NCBI GenBank assembly: GCA_964016885.1
Contig: OZ024740.1
Coordinates: 323,950,001 to 324,014,000 of the forward strand
Reading direction: 5' to 3'
Length of the DNA: 64,000 nt
Source of the DNA: Eledone cirrhosa
Lineage: Eukaryota
The position numbers were made by a program, and so were the translations under genes. Shown piece after piece: positions 1 through 15,078 of this stretch (the first letter of the stretch is position 1; every line of letters starts with the position of its first letter). Under the pieces are notes generated by a model. The model was not told the origin of the DNA. It made no database searches and saw only the letters and a list, made by a program, of their open reading frames with translations.

Positions 1-240
1 GAGAAACGCTGACATATGCCAGATTGTTAAGTATGAGGAAATGTCAAGGATCAATGGCGCCATCTATCGTGAGAATGTCTGCTATTGTTAACTTGTTAAC
101 CAACTTTAACGACAACTGTGACTGGACGACGAGATTCACAGATCGAACTAAGAAACCCTTCAACTCACATAATCTGTACATGTATATATACTTAGATATA
201 TACATACGGACACATTATACATACATGCACGCATAAATAT

Positions 241-283
<43 letters not shown>

Positions 284-327
284 CATACACACGTATACAC
301 ACAGTCACATATATATATGTGTGCGTG

Positions 328-387
<60 letters not shown>

Positions 388-720
388 CATCTATATATGT
401 ACATACATACACACTGAGGGGCGGACATATATATACATCAAGCTTTGTATATGTGTATATATCCCAAATGTGTGTACCTATGTACCATAGGTTCACACAT
501 TTGGGATATATACACATATACAAAGCTTGATTTATATATATGTCAGTCCCTCACACACACATATATATATAAATTCACACATATACAGATATATATATAT
601 ATCAGTTCATATATAGACATTTCTCCATGAAAAAATTGCTTTCTTTTTCTCATTATTTCTGTAAAAAAAAAACTAATATCGATCCTGTCAAAATCGAAAC
701 TCCAGCCGACATTATTCGAC

Positions 721-860
<140 letters not shown>

Positions 861-1280
861 CGTCCGCACTAGGATCGGCTCATTGAATATGTCAATAAAC
901 TGAAGGTGAGATGGAATTGGCTAGTCTCAGTTACCCTCTGAAGATGGTATAATGAAGAATTCTTCAACAATTCACCAAGACCTACAGAACTATTTCAATC
1001 TCTCATAATCATGATCGCCACTCATCAGAGAAAGGTTTGTACATATTGAATGGCACCGTCCAATCATTATTCCTACGTGTTTAATGGTTATTCGATGAGA
1101 GTTAGATACATCACAAGGTCATATAAATAACCATTTACAATTTAAAAGGGCTTAAGATACCATAGGTAGCCTTAGAAAATACTAATAGCAAGTAGTAAGT
1201 TGTCGAAATATGATTGAATAACCATGAATTATTGTAATAAATGCTTGCATAAACTAACCAGAAGCTTCACAAGCACACAC

Positions 1281-1343
<63 letters not shown>

Positions 1344-1469
1344 ATCTGGATCACGGAGTACAGCTGACGAAGGATAATTCTTTCTTTTCTTCTCTTGCTT
1401 CGTCCAAACCACCATCCTAAACCTTGTTTTTAGTAACCACACAGCTCCTATCGTTTCTTATCATTTACC

Positions 1470-1583
1470 ATCTGAGTTCAAATCCCGCCGAGGTTGACTT
1501 TGCCTTTCATCCTTACGGCGTCGATAAAATAAAGTACCAGTAATACACTGGGTACTTGCTGGCCTTGTGCCTAAAGTAGAAAC
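1470..1583 (+). mobile_element. SINE family 1, 5'-truncated copy
   Basis: B-box-like gagttcaaatccc plus core gccgaggttgactttgcctttcatccttacgg.gtcgataaaataaagtaccag. Confidence 0.85.
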
Positions 1584-1593
1584 ACATATATAT

Positions 1594-1884
<291 letters not shown>

Positions 1885-2288
1885 AGATCAAAAGATGGTT
1901 AAAGGAGTTCAATATATTTTATTATGCGCATTTCAAAAACAAACATCAGCAATAATATTTGTGTTTTCATCAGATAAAATAGGAGAACATGATATGAAGG
2001 CTAAAAAACACTTGTGGATAGTGCAGTTTTAAATCAACATATATATATATATGTTGCGGCATTTCTAGTTCTTTATGTTCTGAGATCAAATCCCACTGAG
2101 GTTAACATTGCCTTTCATCCTTCTTGGCTCGATAAAATAAAGTATCAGGCAAGGGGTTATGTCGATTTAATCGAGTTTACCCTCTGCCCAAAATTACTGG
2201 CATGTGACTAAAGTATGAACAGCTACTTTTGCTACTATAAATCCACAAAGCAACATTAAAACATGTACATGCACAATCACTCACATGG

Positions 2289-2369
<81 letters not shown>

Positions 2370-2486
2370 TGTTTGTCTGTTTGTCTGTCTGTCCTGTTTG
2401 TCTGTCGTTCCCAAAACCGAAACGTTTCTAGCCCTGACTAACCTACATTGTTTTTACAAATCTCGGACTACAAAATTTTTACAAGG

Positions 2487-2857
2487 GGCGGGGAATTGGC
2501 AGTATCGGTAGAGGGTCGGACGACATGCTTTGACGCATAGAGTTACGGCCCTTGCCATTCTGAGTTCAAATCCCGCCGAGGTTAACTTTGCCTTTCATCC
2601 TTACGGGGTCGATAAAATAAAGTACCAGTAATGCACTGGGTAATTGCTGGCCTTGTGCCAAAAGTAGAAACAATTATTTTTAGACTGGATTGGCACTATC
2701 GGTAGAGGGTGGGACGCCATGCTTTCCAGCATAGTTACGTCCCTTTACGATCTGAGTTCAAATCCCGCCGAGGTTGACTTTGCCTTTCATCCTTACGGGG
2801 TGGATAAAATAAAGTACCAGTAATGCACTGGGCTTGTGCCTATAGTAGAAACAATTA
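2487..2857 (+). mobile_element. Two tandem tRNA-derived SINE family 1 copies
   Basis: A-box-like tggcagtatcggtaga, B-box-like gagttcaaatcc, shared core and 3' end ggccttgtgcc..agtagaaacaat. Confidence 0.88.
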
Positions 2858-3422
2858 TTTTTAGACATAGTATATCTCGGACTACAAAATTTATTAAAAA
2901 CTGATGAAGTGTGGTAACTTGAGATAGATTTAACTACTGTTTTTATCATATCGAAATACAGCAAAGATGGTGACTGTTTGATAAATTGCAGATCAAACAA
3001 CACCACAACAAACAACAATATGAACCAAAACAATGAAATATAAAACAAAACTCTTCAAACAGATATGGAAATATAGGTTACATGAATGAAGGCAAAAAAT
3101 ATCACAAAGGAAAACACCTTATCATGTGTGTGCAGGTATGTATGTTTGTGTATTTATGTTTGTGTATGTATATCTGTGTACGTGTACGTGTGTGTAGATT
3201 CAAAGAGGAATTTCGTTGTACGTTTATTTTTAGAGTATTTGCCAACTTCCTTCATTCATTTACCACCTGTAAGCACTTGAAAGACCGCAAATACAAAAGA
3301 GGAGATTGCGCAGAGAACAAAACAACAAAAACAACAAATAAATAAGTAGAACATTTACCAAAACTGACGATGCTTTACTCTCTTTCATGAATATATATTT
3401 ATAAGTGTGTGTGTGTGTATGT

Positions 3423-3607
3423 GGGAGTCCTGGCTTCAATCGCGGTGAACCACAGTTAGTAAGGTAGTCAATACATTAGTAGAGTGTAAACATCATGTTT
3501 AATATAGAAAAGGATTCCAAAGGACTAGAAGTGTTTCATTTAAAATCGCTTTTCCTAAGGATTTCTTTTTGAATGAACTCTGTAGAAGCCATTTCTATAT
3601 TAAACAT
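3423..3607. mobile_element. Family B element, older and longer copy
   Basis: Tail homologous to 28136 (aaccacagt.agtaaggta.tcaatacat..agagt); outer arms atgtttaatatagaaa / tttctatattaaacat. Confidence 0.55.
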
Positions 3608-3813
3608 ACATTATGTATGTGCGTGTATTCTTTTAGGGGATGTAATCATAAGACTGCGGCCATGCTGGGACACAGCCCTGAAGGCATTTAATCGATTACA
3701 TCGATCCTAGCACATATTTCTTTTCAATTCTGGCGACTATTTGATCGATCTCTTTTTGTCGACCATACAAGTCACTGGACATGAACGGTAAACATAAACA
3801 GACACAAACATAC

Positions 3814-3871
<58 letters not shown>

Positions 3872-3983
3872 CACACACACGGCGGGATTCTACATAGTTT
3901 CAGTCTATCAATATTCTCTCACAAAACATTGGACGCCCAAGGGACGAAACCATGTGGATGCAAAGCGAATTTTTAAACCACAC

Positions 3984-4028
<45 letters not shown>

Positions 4029-4459
4029 TATATATATGTATTGAGTATGGGTGTTTTTTTGTGTGTGTCTGTGTGTATGTGCAAGATCACATGGTAAGTT
4101 TATGTATGAATATATTTGCGAGCGTTGTTTACTGTAAATATGTGCGTGGGCGAGTTTTGTGTGTGGGCATGAGCTTTATAGATGAGAAAGATAGAAAGGG
4201 AAAAGGAGAAGAAGAGAAAGTTGACGAAACAATAGCAGCATTCAGTCTAGAATACATTTAGTGTTTCCTCTTACGTTTCCTATGAAGAAAGAACAGACGT
4301 GACGATAATGATAGTGGCCATCATCATCATCATCAAATATTATGAGAGGAATTAGTCATTCTTGCTAATCCCATATTTCACTATAAAAAAGCTAGGGTGG
4401 GTGAAGACATTACATTTTATATTAATATATTTCAGAACAATCAATCGTTTATTATACAA

Positions 4460-4540
4460 TACAGGGGGCAGCAAAGATACCTCGCACATTTTAATGGTTA
4501 ACAGAGTAAAATATGGGAGGTTTTACTGCCGCACCCTGTA
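4460..4540. mobile_element. About 80-bp Tc1/mariner-type MITE, second TIR type
   Basis: tacagggggcagca...tgccgcaccctgta imperfect TIRs with TA ends. Confidence 0.55.
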
Positions 4541-5723
4541 TAGTTATATATAAAGATAGACACATTTCCTTGGATATAGACGGAACTCCTCTATATTATT
4601 TCTGCGTTCGTTATTATGGCTGTTTAAACATACGAAAAGCTCTCCTTTATTAATAACTAAGCATGAGTTGGCACCTGGGACTTTCTTTTCCAAGATGCAA
4701 GCCTTGGCAGTGTTTTTTCCACGGAAGACCAGCATTCGCCCATGCCTGCCAGTCTCGCCTCTCCAAGCCACTGATATCGTTCAAGGTCGATACACCATGG
4801 GACTAAAGTAGTCAAAACTTATTTTTTACAGTTGAATAAGCCGAAGCAAAGTAAAATAAAACATCTTGCTTAACAACACAACATGCCGCCCCGTCCGTAA
4901 ATCGAAATTATGAACTTAACGACCCAATAATTGTGTACCCAACTCCCTATCCACTAAGTCACGTACGTTTACAAGAAAACATACATACGCACTCACACAC
5001 ATATGTCGTTCACCTTTGGCTGGCTGGTGATGTGTTTATGGATACACACCAATGGATGGCTGGTGATGTGGATATGGACAATCGATTAGTCACCTGACTG
5101 TTGATTATGTCCTTGAACTCTGTTGCCTTCTTCAGTAATAAATGTGTTGGATGTCGATGCATAGAGGTGAGTTTCGATCTTTCGATTTAGATTGGAGCGG
5201 TAGAGAAGAGCGTTGTTACTTTTAACACACATGAAATATATATTTTACGATAAGGCCAACCACACAATTCTCTCTTTAAATGTTCCCCCCTTTGTTATCT
5301 TTCTCTCCATCACACACACCGAAATAGACAGATACTCCAAGATATATACAGCGTGTGCCCGAAAATTATATACACATATTTATTAGAATGATAATGAAGT
5401 ATATATACAGTTTTCTGGGACATGCTGTACATTGATAAAATGAAATATATATGAAATTAACTGGTTAATCAGAGAATATAACGATAAAAGGAAATATATA
5501 TACATTTAGTTGGTTAATGATCGAATGATATATTATCAAAGCCAACAGGAAACAGTAATATTTAATAATTTATACGTTGTAATTCGATTGAATAATTCGA
5601 AGAATTTAAAACACAACAAAACTGAATCTGATGTTACCTAATAAAATAAATAATAAGAAACAAAATAAATACATGAATGGATTATGAATGATGAATGTTA
5701 ACTAGAAATCCTTGTATCTATCT

Positions 5724-5767
<44 letters not shown>

Positions 5768-5916
5768 CATAGATGTGTGAGGGTTAATAGTGTTGCTGTT
5801 GTTGATGTTGAAGATGATGATGAGCATAGCGTTAAATTTAATGAGAACTATAATATCTATCTATAAACATCTGTGTATATGTATTTATGTGTATACATGT
5901 ATTCTCTCTCTCTCTC

Positions 5917-5947
<31 letters not shown>

Positions 5948-6045
5948 AACACACACATATATATGAGAGAGAGAGTAGATGTATACACATAAATCGATAT
6001 ATTCATAGATGAACCTATATACACGCGTGTGCGTATATATGCCTC

Positions 6046-6105
<60 letters not shown>

Positions 6106-6175
6106 CACATACAAAAACAAGATGGCGTAGGACAGAACAAAGGAGAGGCACAAAAACAAAGAAAAGAATCCCCAC

Positions 6176-6216
6176 TCACTGAAGAGGTCACAGAATGTGT
6201 GACGAAAGAACTTTGA
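6176..6216 (+). ncRNA. Degenerate hammerhead motif within a (TA)n-flanked unique segment (about 6103-6437)
   Basis: UCA-CUGAAGA-G-GUCACA-GAAUG-UGUGAC-GAAA-GAACUU-UGA. Perfect 6-bp stem II between the core boxes; stems I and III are weak. Confidence 0.45.
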
Positions 6217-6789
6217 CAATATATGAACAACCGTCCGGTTATGAAACCAACCAACCAACGGGAAATTTATAAATTTATAAATTCTTAAATTTATAAATTT
6301 AATTTATAATAAATTGGAGTGAAAGCACTGGTGCGTGTGTTTCTTATTGGCAACATGACCTCCCAGAAGCATAACAATATCGGTTTCAACACACGTTTTC
6401 AGATAAAGAATCTTGCTAAACAAATTCAGAAACGAAATATATATATATATATGGGGCTGGGTTGTGCGGGAGATTAAGAATTAAATAAACCAGTAAGTCT
6501 GGTGACGTTAGATGATAAAACTCTAGAGAAATCAAATTTCATAAATATATATTTTCAAGGATACAAACAAACAAACTTCTCTTTCTATATTTGATGTTGA
6601 TGAAATTGTCTTCAGAATACAAAGAAATCTTTAGATATTTCCAACAACAGGAATAGTAAACATCGAATCGTCAAATCCTTTGAGAATTCACCGTAGTAAA
6701 AGAAATGGACAATCATATACACACACACACACATACATACATACATACATACATACATACATACATACATACATACATACATACATACA

Positions 6790-7375
6790 TGGTGGCTGCC
6801 AACTCGTTTTCGAGTACGGCCACTACTTTATATCCATGTAGGAGAACCCCTACCGATGCGCTGAACGAGTGTGACTTTTTAGTCCAGCCAGCGACTTGAA
6901 AACTCTGGTACAAACACTACACTTGTGACAATTATTGACACATAGTGCTGGGCCCATGGTACCATGTGACGACAAGTGAAGGGAGATCTCCAGATATAAA
7001 GCAATGCCTGTGCCGTGAAGCTTTTATAGTGAGCAAAGGCACTGCACAAAGCCAGTCCCACTCTCTTAACCAAGATGATATTTACCAAAAAGAAGAACAA
7101 GTCAACATCATTGGATACCATCAGGGTTGCAGGTGTTATATCAGAGTTTTCCTTCTCCTAGAATTCTGCCTTGACAAAGGCTAAGGGGTCATCTCTCCCG
7201 GTGATTTTGGATGGCCATTGACTCTTAAGAGCTCCTTTACCATTTGACAGGTTTTGTTTTTAGTCCTGCAGGATGTCCAAAGTCACCCTCCTCACCAAGA
7301 AACCTTGGTGGGGTTGCCAGTTTAGTCGCCAACGACCCGACCATGAGACAGGTTGTACTGGGATACATGTTACCA
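6790..7375 (-). mobile_element. GC-richer repeat remnant between (ATAC)n tracts, resembling an RTE-type LINE 5' region
   Basis: Sharp compositional island flanked by (ATAC)n; minus strand contains ctaggagaaggaaaactctga, which I associate with RTE 5' UTRs; no credible ORF. Confidence 0.4.
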
Positions 7376-7452
7376 TACATACATACATACATACATACAT
7401 ACATACATACATACATACATACATACATACATACATACATACATACATACAT

Positions 7453-7496
<44 letters not shown>

Positions 7497-7787
7497 CCAA
7501 ATATATATGTTGAGTGCTAAGTTCGGCCTACAGAATTACTTCCTATAATACAATTAATTCATATCGAGAATAATTAATTGTTATATATTTATATATAATA
7601 TTTATATATATATATACTTTAACTTTAATTATATCTCATGAAATAATACAACTGGTTTTTCCACATTATACATATTGTTAGCACCCCAAACACTTAAATT
7701 GGGTTTATTTTTAAATATAACCTAATGTTTGTTGAGAGAGATGGTTACCAGTCAGAGTTTAGCTTTAAACTATCTCTGTTATTGTAT

Positions 7788-7832
<45 letters not shown>

Positions 7833-7835
<3 letters not shown>

Positions 7836-8051
7836 AGTCGATCGACTTTCGTCAAATCGGACCGAGGGAACAATGTTTCCGTTGGTCTTTCCAATTGCTA
7901 ATACTATCTATCGGTCGCAACTCCAGGTAGAAGGAGCAACGTGAAATAAAGTGTCTTGCCCAAGGACATAACGCATCGCCTGGTCCAGGAATCGAACTCA
8001 CAACCTTATGATTGCGAATCCAATTCTCTAACCACTCAGCCATACGCCTTC
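7833..8051 (-). mobile_element. tRNA-headed SINE family 2 variant in (TA)n; sister copy 13601-13822
   Basis: Minus strand has A box tggctgagtggtta, B box gagttcgattcc and gtccttgggcaagacacttt; the same 3' body occurs at 13601. Confidence 0.8.
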
Positions 8052-8319
8052 ATATATATATATATATAATATTTATATATATATATATATATATATATTT
8101 ATTTATAATATTTATATATATATATAATATTTATATATATATATATATATATATAGTATTTATATATATATATATATATAATATATATATATATATATAG
8201 TAATAATAATAATAGTAATAATAATAAATGACAAGACTAAAATCCAAAGAGAGCTCGATAAGGATAGATATATATCAAATATATAAGAACCGTAGAGTAA
8301 ATATTTTTTGAAATATCCA

Positions 8320-8420
8320 CTTCTGCGTTTACAGATTGATTTTGTTAGTTACAGAAGATCCCGTTAAGGGTGAAAGCAGTGATTCTTGGCTTAAACTTTA
8401 ATATGTTATTTTAATAAATA
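8320..8420 (+). repeat. Dispersed repeat family D ending in (TA)n; other copies 11414-11482 (+) and 12905-13005 (-)
   Basis: cagaagatcccgttaaggg(t/a)gaaa.cag.gattctt..cttaaactttaat.tgttattttaat shared by three copies, each running into TA repeats. Confidence 0.7.
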
Positions 8421-8545
8421 TATATATATATATATATATAATAATAATATATATGTATATATATATATAATAATTATATATATATATATAAATAATATTT
8501 ATATATATATATATATATATAAATAATATTTATATATATAAATAT

Positions 8546-8739
8546 AGCGAAGGAAAAGTGGTAAGGAACCAGGTGGACCATAACGCACCAAAGTACTCAA
8601 TACTTAGGGTAGTAGAGTGGGTAATAGGAGTACGTAAGACCCCGACGGCTGAGCTCAAGCCGTTTCGACGGCTAATTCTGTACTGAATTAGCCGTCGAAA
8701 AGGCTTGAGCTCAGCCGTCGGGGTCTTACTTACTCCTAT
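8546..8739. mobile_element. (TA)n-embedded tail+hairpin element, family A (most complete copy)
   Basis: About 78-bp unique tail, then 55-bp inverted arms (8624-8678 / 8685-8739, 2 mismatches). TA-rich repeats on both sides. Confidence 0.8.
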
Positions 8740-8801
8740 ATATATATATATATATAATATTTATATATATGTATATATATATAATATTTATATATATATA
8801 A

Positions 8802-8852
<51 letters not shown>

Positions 8853-9271
8853 TATATATATATAATATTTATATATATATAATATTTATATATATATATA
8901 TATATAATATTTATATATATATATAATATTTATATATATATATATATATATATAATATTTATATATATATATATATATATAATATTTATATATATATATA
9001 TATATATAATATTTATATATATATATATAATATTTATATATATATATATATAATATTTATATATATATATATAATATTTATATATATATATAATATTTAT
9101 ATATATATATATATATAATATTTATATATATATATATATAATATTTATATATATATATATATAATATTTATATATACTATTTATATATATATATATATAA
9201 TATTTATATATATAAATATATATATAATATCTATATATATATATATAATATTTATATCTATATATATATAT

Positions 9272-9458
9272 AATTGTTTCTACTTTAGGCACAAGGCCAG
9301 CAATCACCCAGTGCATTACTGGTACTTTATTTTATCGACCCCGTAAGGATGAAAGGCAAAGTCAACCTCGGCGGGATTTGAACTCAGATCGTAAAGGGAC
9401 GTAACTATGCTGGAAAGCATGGCGTCCGACCCTCTGCCGATACTGCCAATCCACGCCC
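9272..9458 (-). mobile_element. SINE family 1, full length
   Basis: Reverse complement of the 2487 consensus, inside a degenerate TA array. Confidence 0.88.
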
Positions 9459-9755
9459 TAGATATAAATATTATATATATATATATAGATATTATATATA
9501 TATATAATATCTATATATATATATATAATATTTATATCTATATATATATATAATATTTATATATATATATAATATCTATATATATATATATATAATATTT
9601 ATATATATATATATATATAATATTTATATATATATATATATAATATCTATCTATATATATATATAATATCTATCTATATATATATATATAATATTTATAT
9701 ATATATATATATATTATCTATATATATATATATTATCTATATATATATATATATA

Positions 9756-9795
<40 letters not shown>

Positions 9796-9814
9796 TATAT
9801 ATATATATATATAT

Positions 9815-10000
9815 AATTGTTTCTATTTTAGGCACAAGGCCAGCAATTACTCAGTACATTACTGGTACTTTATTTTATCGACTCCGTAAAGATGAAAGGC
9901 AAAGTTAACCTCGCCGAGATTTGAACTCAGATCATAAAGGGACGTAACTCTATGCTTCAAAGCATGGTGCCCGACTCTCTACCGATACTGCCAATCGACC
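9815..10000 (-). mobile_element. SINE family 1, full length
   Basis: Reverse complement of the 2487 consensus. Confidence 0.88.
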
Positions 10001-10054
10001 AATATTTATATATATATAATATAATATTTATATATATATATATAATATTTATAT

Positions 10055-10109
<55 letters not shown>

Positions 10110-10138
10110 ATATTTATATATATATATATATAATATAT

Positions 10139-10170
<32 letters not shown>

Positions 10171-10199
10171 ATATTTATATATATATATATAATATATAT

Positions 10200-10231
<32 letters not shown>

Positions 10232-10331
10232 ATATTTATATATATATATATATAATATATATATATATATATAATATTTATATATATATATATATATAAT
10301 ATATATATATATATATAATATTTATATATAT

Positions 10332-10365
<34 letters not shown>

Positions 10366-10375
10366 ATATTTATAT

Positions 10376-10474
<99 letters not shown>

Positions 10475-10531
10475 TATATATATATATATATAATATTTAT
10501 ATATAATATTTATATATATATATATAATATT

Positions 10532-10569
<38 letters not shown>

Positions 10570-10623
10570 ATATTTATATATAATATTTATATATATATAT
10601 AACACTTATATATATATAATATT

Positions 10624-10658
<35 letters not shown>

Positions 10659-10743
10659 AATATTTAGATATATATATATATAATATTTATATATATATAT
10701 AATATTTATATATAATATTTATATATATATAATATTTATATAT

Positions 10744-10933
10744 AATTGTTTCTACTTTTGGCACCAGGCCAGCAATTATCACAGTGCATTACTGGTACTT
10801 TATTTTATCGACCCTGTAAGGATGAAAGGCAAAGTTAACCTCGGCGGGATTTGAACTCAGATCATAAAGGGATGTAACTCTATGCTTCAAAGAATGGCGC
10901 CCGACCCTCTACCGATATTGCCAATCCACCGCC
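10744..10933 (-). mobile_element. SINE family 1, full length
   Basis: Reverse complement of the 2487 consensus. Confidence 0.88.
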
Positions 10934-10960
10934 TTATATATAATATATATATATAATATT

Positions 10961-11000
<40 letters not shown>

Positions 11001-11037
11001 TATATATAATATATATATAATATTTATATATAATATT

Positions 11038-11107
<70 letters not shown>

Positions 11108-11487
11108 TATATATATAATATTTATATATATATATATATAATATTTATATATCATATATATATATATATATATAATATTTATAATCATATATATATATAT
11201 ATATAGTTATATATAATATATATATCTCTCTATATATATAATATTATATATAATATTTATATTTATATATATATATATATATATATAATATTTATATATA
11301 TATATAATATTTATATATAATATTTATATATATATATAATATATATAATATTTATATATAATATTTATATATATATATATGTATATAATATTTATATATA
11401 TATATAGAGAGAGTTTCAGAAGATCCCGTTAAGGGAGAAAGCAGCGATTCTTTGCTTAAACTTTAATATGTTATTTTAATAAATTAA

Positions 11488-11547
<60 letters not shown>

Positions 11548-11700
11548 TATGTACGTATCAGTTTAGCGGACGCTTATTATAACGCCCGCTTTGTTCGTTT
11601 GTAAACAAACTGAACAGCCTGAATTTATGCCGTACGGTGTTAAGGCAACCACGTCACCTTTTTTTTTTTTTTTTTTTTTTCGTTCAACACTGACACAGGA

Positions 11701-11743
11701 ACGATGTACTAGTTTCAAGCTTGTTAGCTATCATCAGCACCGT
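11701..11743 (-). ncRNA. Minimal type I hammerhead ribozyme (Penelope-like element type)
   Basis: Minus strand reads ACGGUG-CUGAUGA-U-AGCU-AACA-AGCU-U-GAAA-CUAG-UA-CAUCGU: 6-bp stem I (one G-U), intact core boxes, 4-bp stem II with a U-U first pair, palindromic ACUAGU stem III, GUA cleavage triplet. Confidence 0.72.
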
Positions 11744-11866
11744 ATACCCTTCTGCCAGATGGTTGAACGTTCGAAAGTATATACTTTCCTTATGAAAATT
11801 AACGGCTAAGCAGCCTAATTTGCATAAGAGTGAGAAATGAAATTTCGTTTTCATTTTATTACAACT

Positions 11867-12037
<171 letters not shown>

Positions 12038-12847
12038 ATAACTTTTCGTTTTTTTTTTTCGTGTGATACGCGAAGTAACCAACCAACAAACATCTCTCTT
12101 TTATATTTCTTTTATTTGTTCATTCAAAATATTTTTCAGCTAATTCTGTCGTACAATATACATCAGCAATCGTTATCTAATGTCTAAAACATATGAATAG
12201 CTGCGGTATATGCACCATATCAATCAAAAACGATATAAGAATTGAATACCATACTAAAGCGCCAGTAAGCATGCTAATAACCTGCAGATAGAAATGTTAA
12301 TAAATACAACATTTGGCTTTGTAAACTTTAAGATGTTCTTTCAATGTAGGTCTCTTTTCTCAGCCAGTACGTTTAAAGAAAATTGATAGTTACAACAATA
12401 AATGTTGAACAGAGAACACATTTTTTACAAACTTTACAATAATTTGTACAACCATAATGGAAATTCCAAGTAACAGCAAATACATAAATTACATTGTTAG
12501 AGCCTCAGAGTATACAATATTTTTTGTTCGGCCCCCAGGAGCAAAGATGAAGAGATTGTTTCGCGAGCTCCCCTAGAGCATCCTACATACAATTAACCAT
12601 GGTTTTCCCAGATGAAGGCCAGCCACATTTAGGGTTTGACCCTGAGCTTTGTTGTTGGTAATCGCGAAGCTTAGTCTCTCTGTTGTTCTAGTAACATTTT
12701 TTCTTCTGGAAAATCTGATCTTGCGGCCAGGCTAGGACTTTTGGGGTGGCATATCGGCAAGTAACAATGACGAGAAGCCGTCTGTGAAATAAATACGTTT
12801 GTTTATATTTTATTTTGTGTATGCAAAAATATCTGTAGGCGAATATA

Positions 12848-12913
<66 letters not shown>

Positions 12914-13600
12914 TAACAGATTAAAGTTTAAGAAAAGAATCGCTGTTTTCACCCTTAACGGGATCTTCTGACTAAAAGAAATCAATCTGTGAAAGCAGAA
13001 GTAAATATTTCGAAAAACGTTGCAACCGAAAGAAAACAGGAAGATGATACTTTGGTGCGTGAAGACGTTAGGAATGTCGTATAACTGGAAGTGTATACAT
13101 TTGAAATTTTAAAGAAGTGAATATTTAAATAATGTCTTTAATCTTTTAACAAAATTCAGTAGACAAAATACTCTCACTTTCTTACTTGGAAAAAGTTACA
13201 TCTATGGTGCAAATTTGGTGCCGTTTGTTCCAGAGGGAGAGAGAAAAAGAGAGAGATTTAGGGTTAAGACTCCCTTTGGTCGCAAACGACCATGGATTTT
13301 CCATCTAGAAAGAGCTCCAAGGTACAAGCCTGTACAATGTACAAGGTTGTTTGCGGAAGGCCAGCAATTATCCATGCATACTAGTTTCCTCTCCCTACAT
13401 GGCCGATGTTGTCCAATACAGGTGGTACAATAGTCCCGTGGGTGTGCTCATTCAACGTTGAGTCAGTTGTAAAAGCTAAACACTGAAAGGGATAACGAAC
13501 TACAGACCAGACATGAAATATAGGCTCTGAAAGCTAATAATAGTCCAAAGCCTAACCTTGAATATAGGTCCTATTCACACTGTTCATTATATATATATAT

Positions 13601-13817
13601 CGACAGCCGATCGACTTTGGTCAAATCGGATCGAGGAAACAATGTTTCCGTTGGTCTTTCCAATTGCTAATAATATCTATCGGTCGCAACTCTAGGTTGA
13701 AGGAGCAACATGAAATAAAGTGTCTTGCTCAAGGACATAACACATCACCGGGTCCAGGAATCGAACTCACAACCTCATGATTGCGAATCCAATTCTCTAA
13801 CCACCTAGCCGCACGCC

Positions 13818-13822
<5 letters not shown>
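13601..13822 (-). mobile_element. tRNA-headed SINE family 2 variant in (TA)n
   Basis: Highly similar to 7833-8051 along its whole length. Confidence 0.8.
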
Positions 13823-13865
<43 letters not shown>

Positions 13866-13899
13866 ACTAAATACATGTGATTCACGTATAGCTTACAGA

Positions 13900-13967
<68 letters not shown>

Positions 13968-14334
13968 TACACGATGTTCTATAAAAGAAGTAGAACTTGA
14001 GGCTATTTCAATCAAATTAAGAAATATATGGAAGTTCCCTCAAATGTACCAGATGTTGCTGTTATTTTAGCTTGTAAGTCGACCACATTCGGCCTTCTTT
14101 GGTTAGCGTTCTCTTCTCTCATGTACTAAATGATGCCCCAAATCCAGCGTCTTCCATTTTTACATATATTCACACACACATAAATATATATACGTACATA
14201 CACTGCAATTATTGTCCTCATTACTATGCACAGTTGTTTATTAATTGAATATAAACCTGTCACGTGATGTGATCACAAACACAAATGCAAATGATTGTGA
14301 TTATAGGGCATTAGTGCAATAACACCGATATGAA

Positions 14335-14346
14335 CTATATATACAC

Positions 14347-14408
<62 letters not shown>

Positions 14409-14526
14409 ATGTATATACATATATATATATATATATGTGTATGTATATACATATATATATATATAAGTATATACATACATATATATATATATAAGTATAT
14501 ACATACATATATATATATATAAGTAT

Positions 14527-14580
<54 letters not shown>

Positions 14581-14672
14581 ATACTTATATATATATATAT
14601 GTATATACATACACATATATATATATATATGTATATACATACACATATATATATATATATATGTATATACAT

Positions 14673-14726
<54 letters not shown>

Positions 14727-14785
14727 ATGTATATACATATATATATATGTATGTATGTATATACATATATATATATATATGTATG

Positions 14786-14828
<43 letters not shown>

Positions 14829-14886
14829 ATACATATATATATATATGTATATATATATATGTATATATATATACATATACATATAC

Positions 14887-14917
<31 letters not shown>

Positions 14918-14984
14918 GATATACATATATATATATATATATATATAGATATACATATATATATATACATATACATATATATAA

Positions 14985-15055
<71 letters not shown>

Positions 15056-15078
15056 CATACACGTGTGTGTGTGTGTGT
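14335..15078. repeat. Compound (TA)n/(CATA)n microsatellite
   Basis: Direct reading. Confidence 0.95.

Larger units (their letters stand above)
8052..11405. repeat. Degenerate (TA)n array with recurring aatattt interruptions
   Basis: About 3.3 kb of TA repeats, interrupted only by the elements listed and one short unique segment. Confidence 0.95.

Noticed and set aside
6174-6260. Strong minus-strand donor (ca|gtgagt) as an exon end
   Set aside because: No recognisable coding frame or acceptor; overlaps the hammerhead-like repeat on the plus strand.
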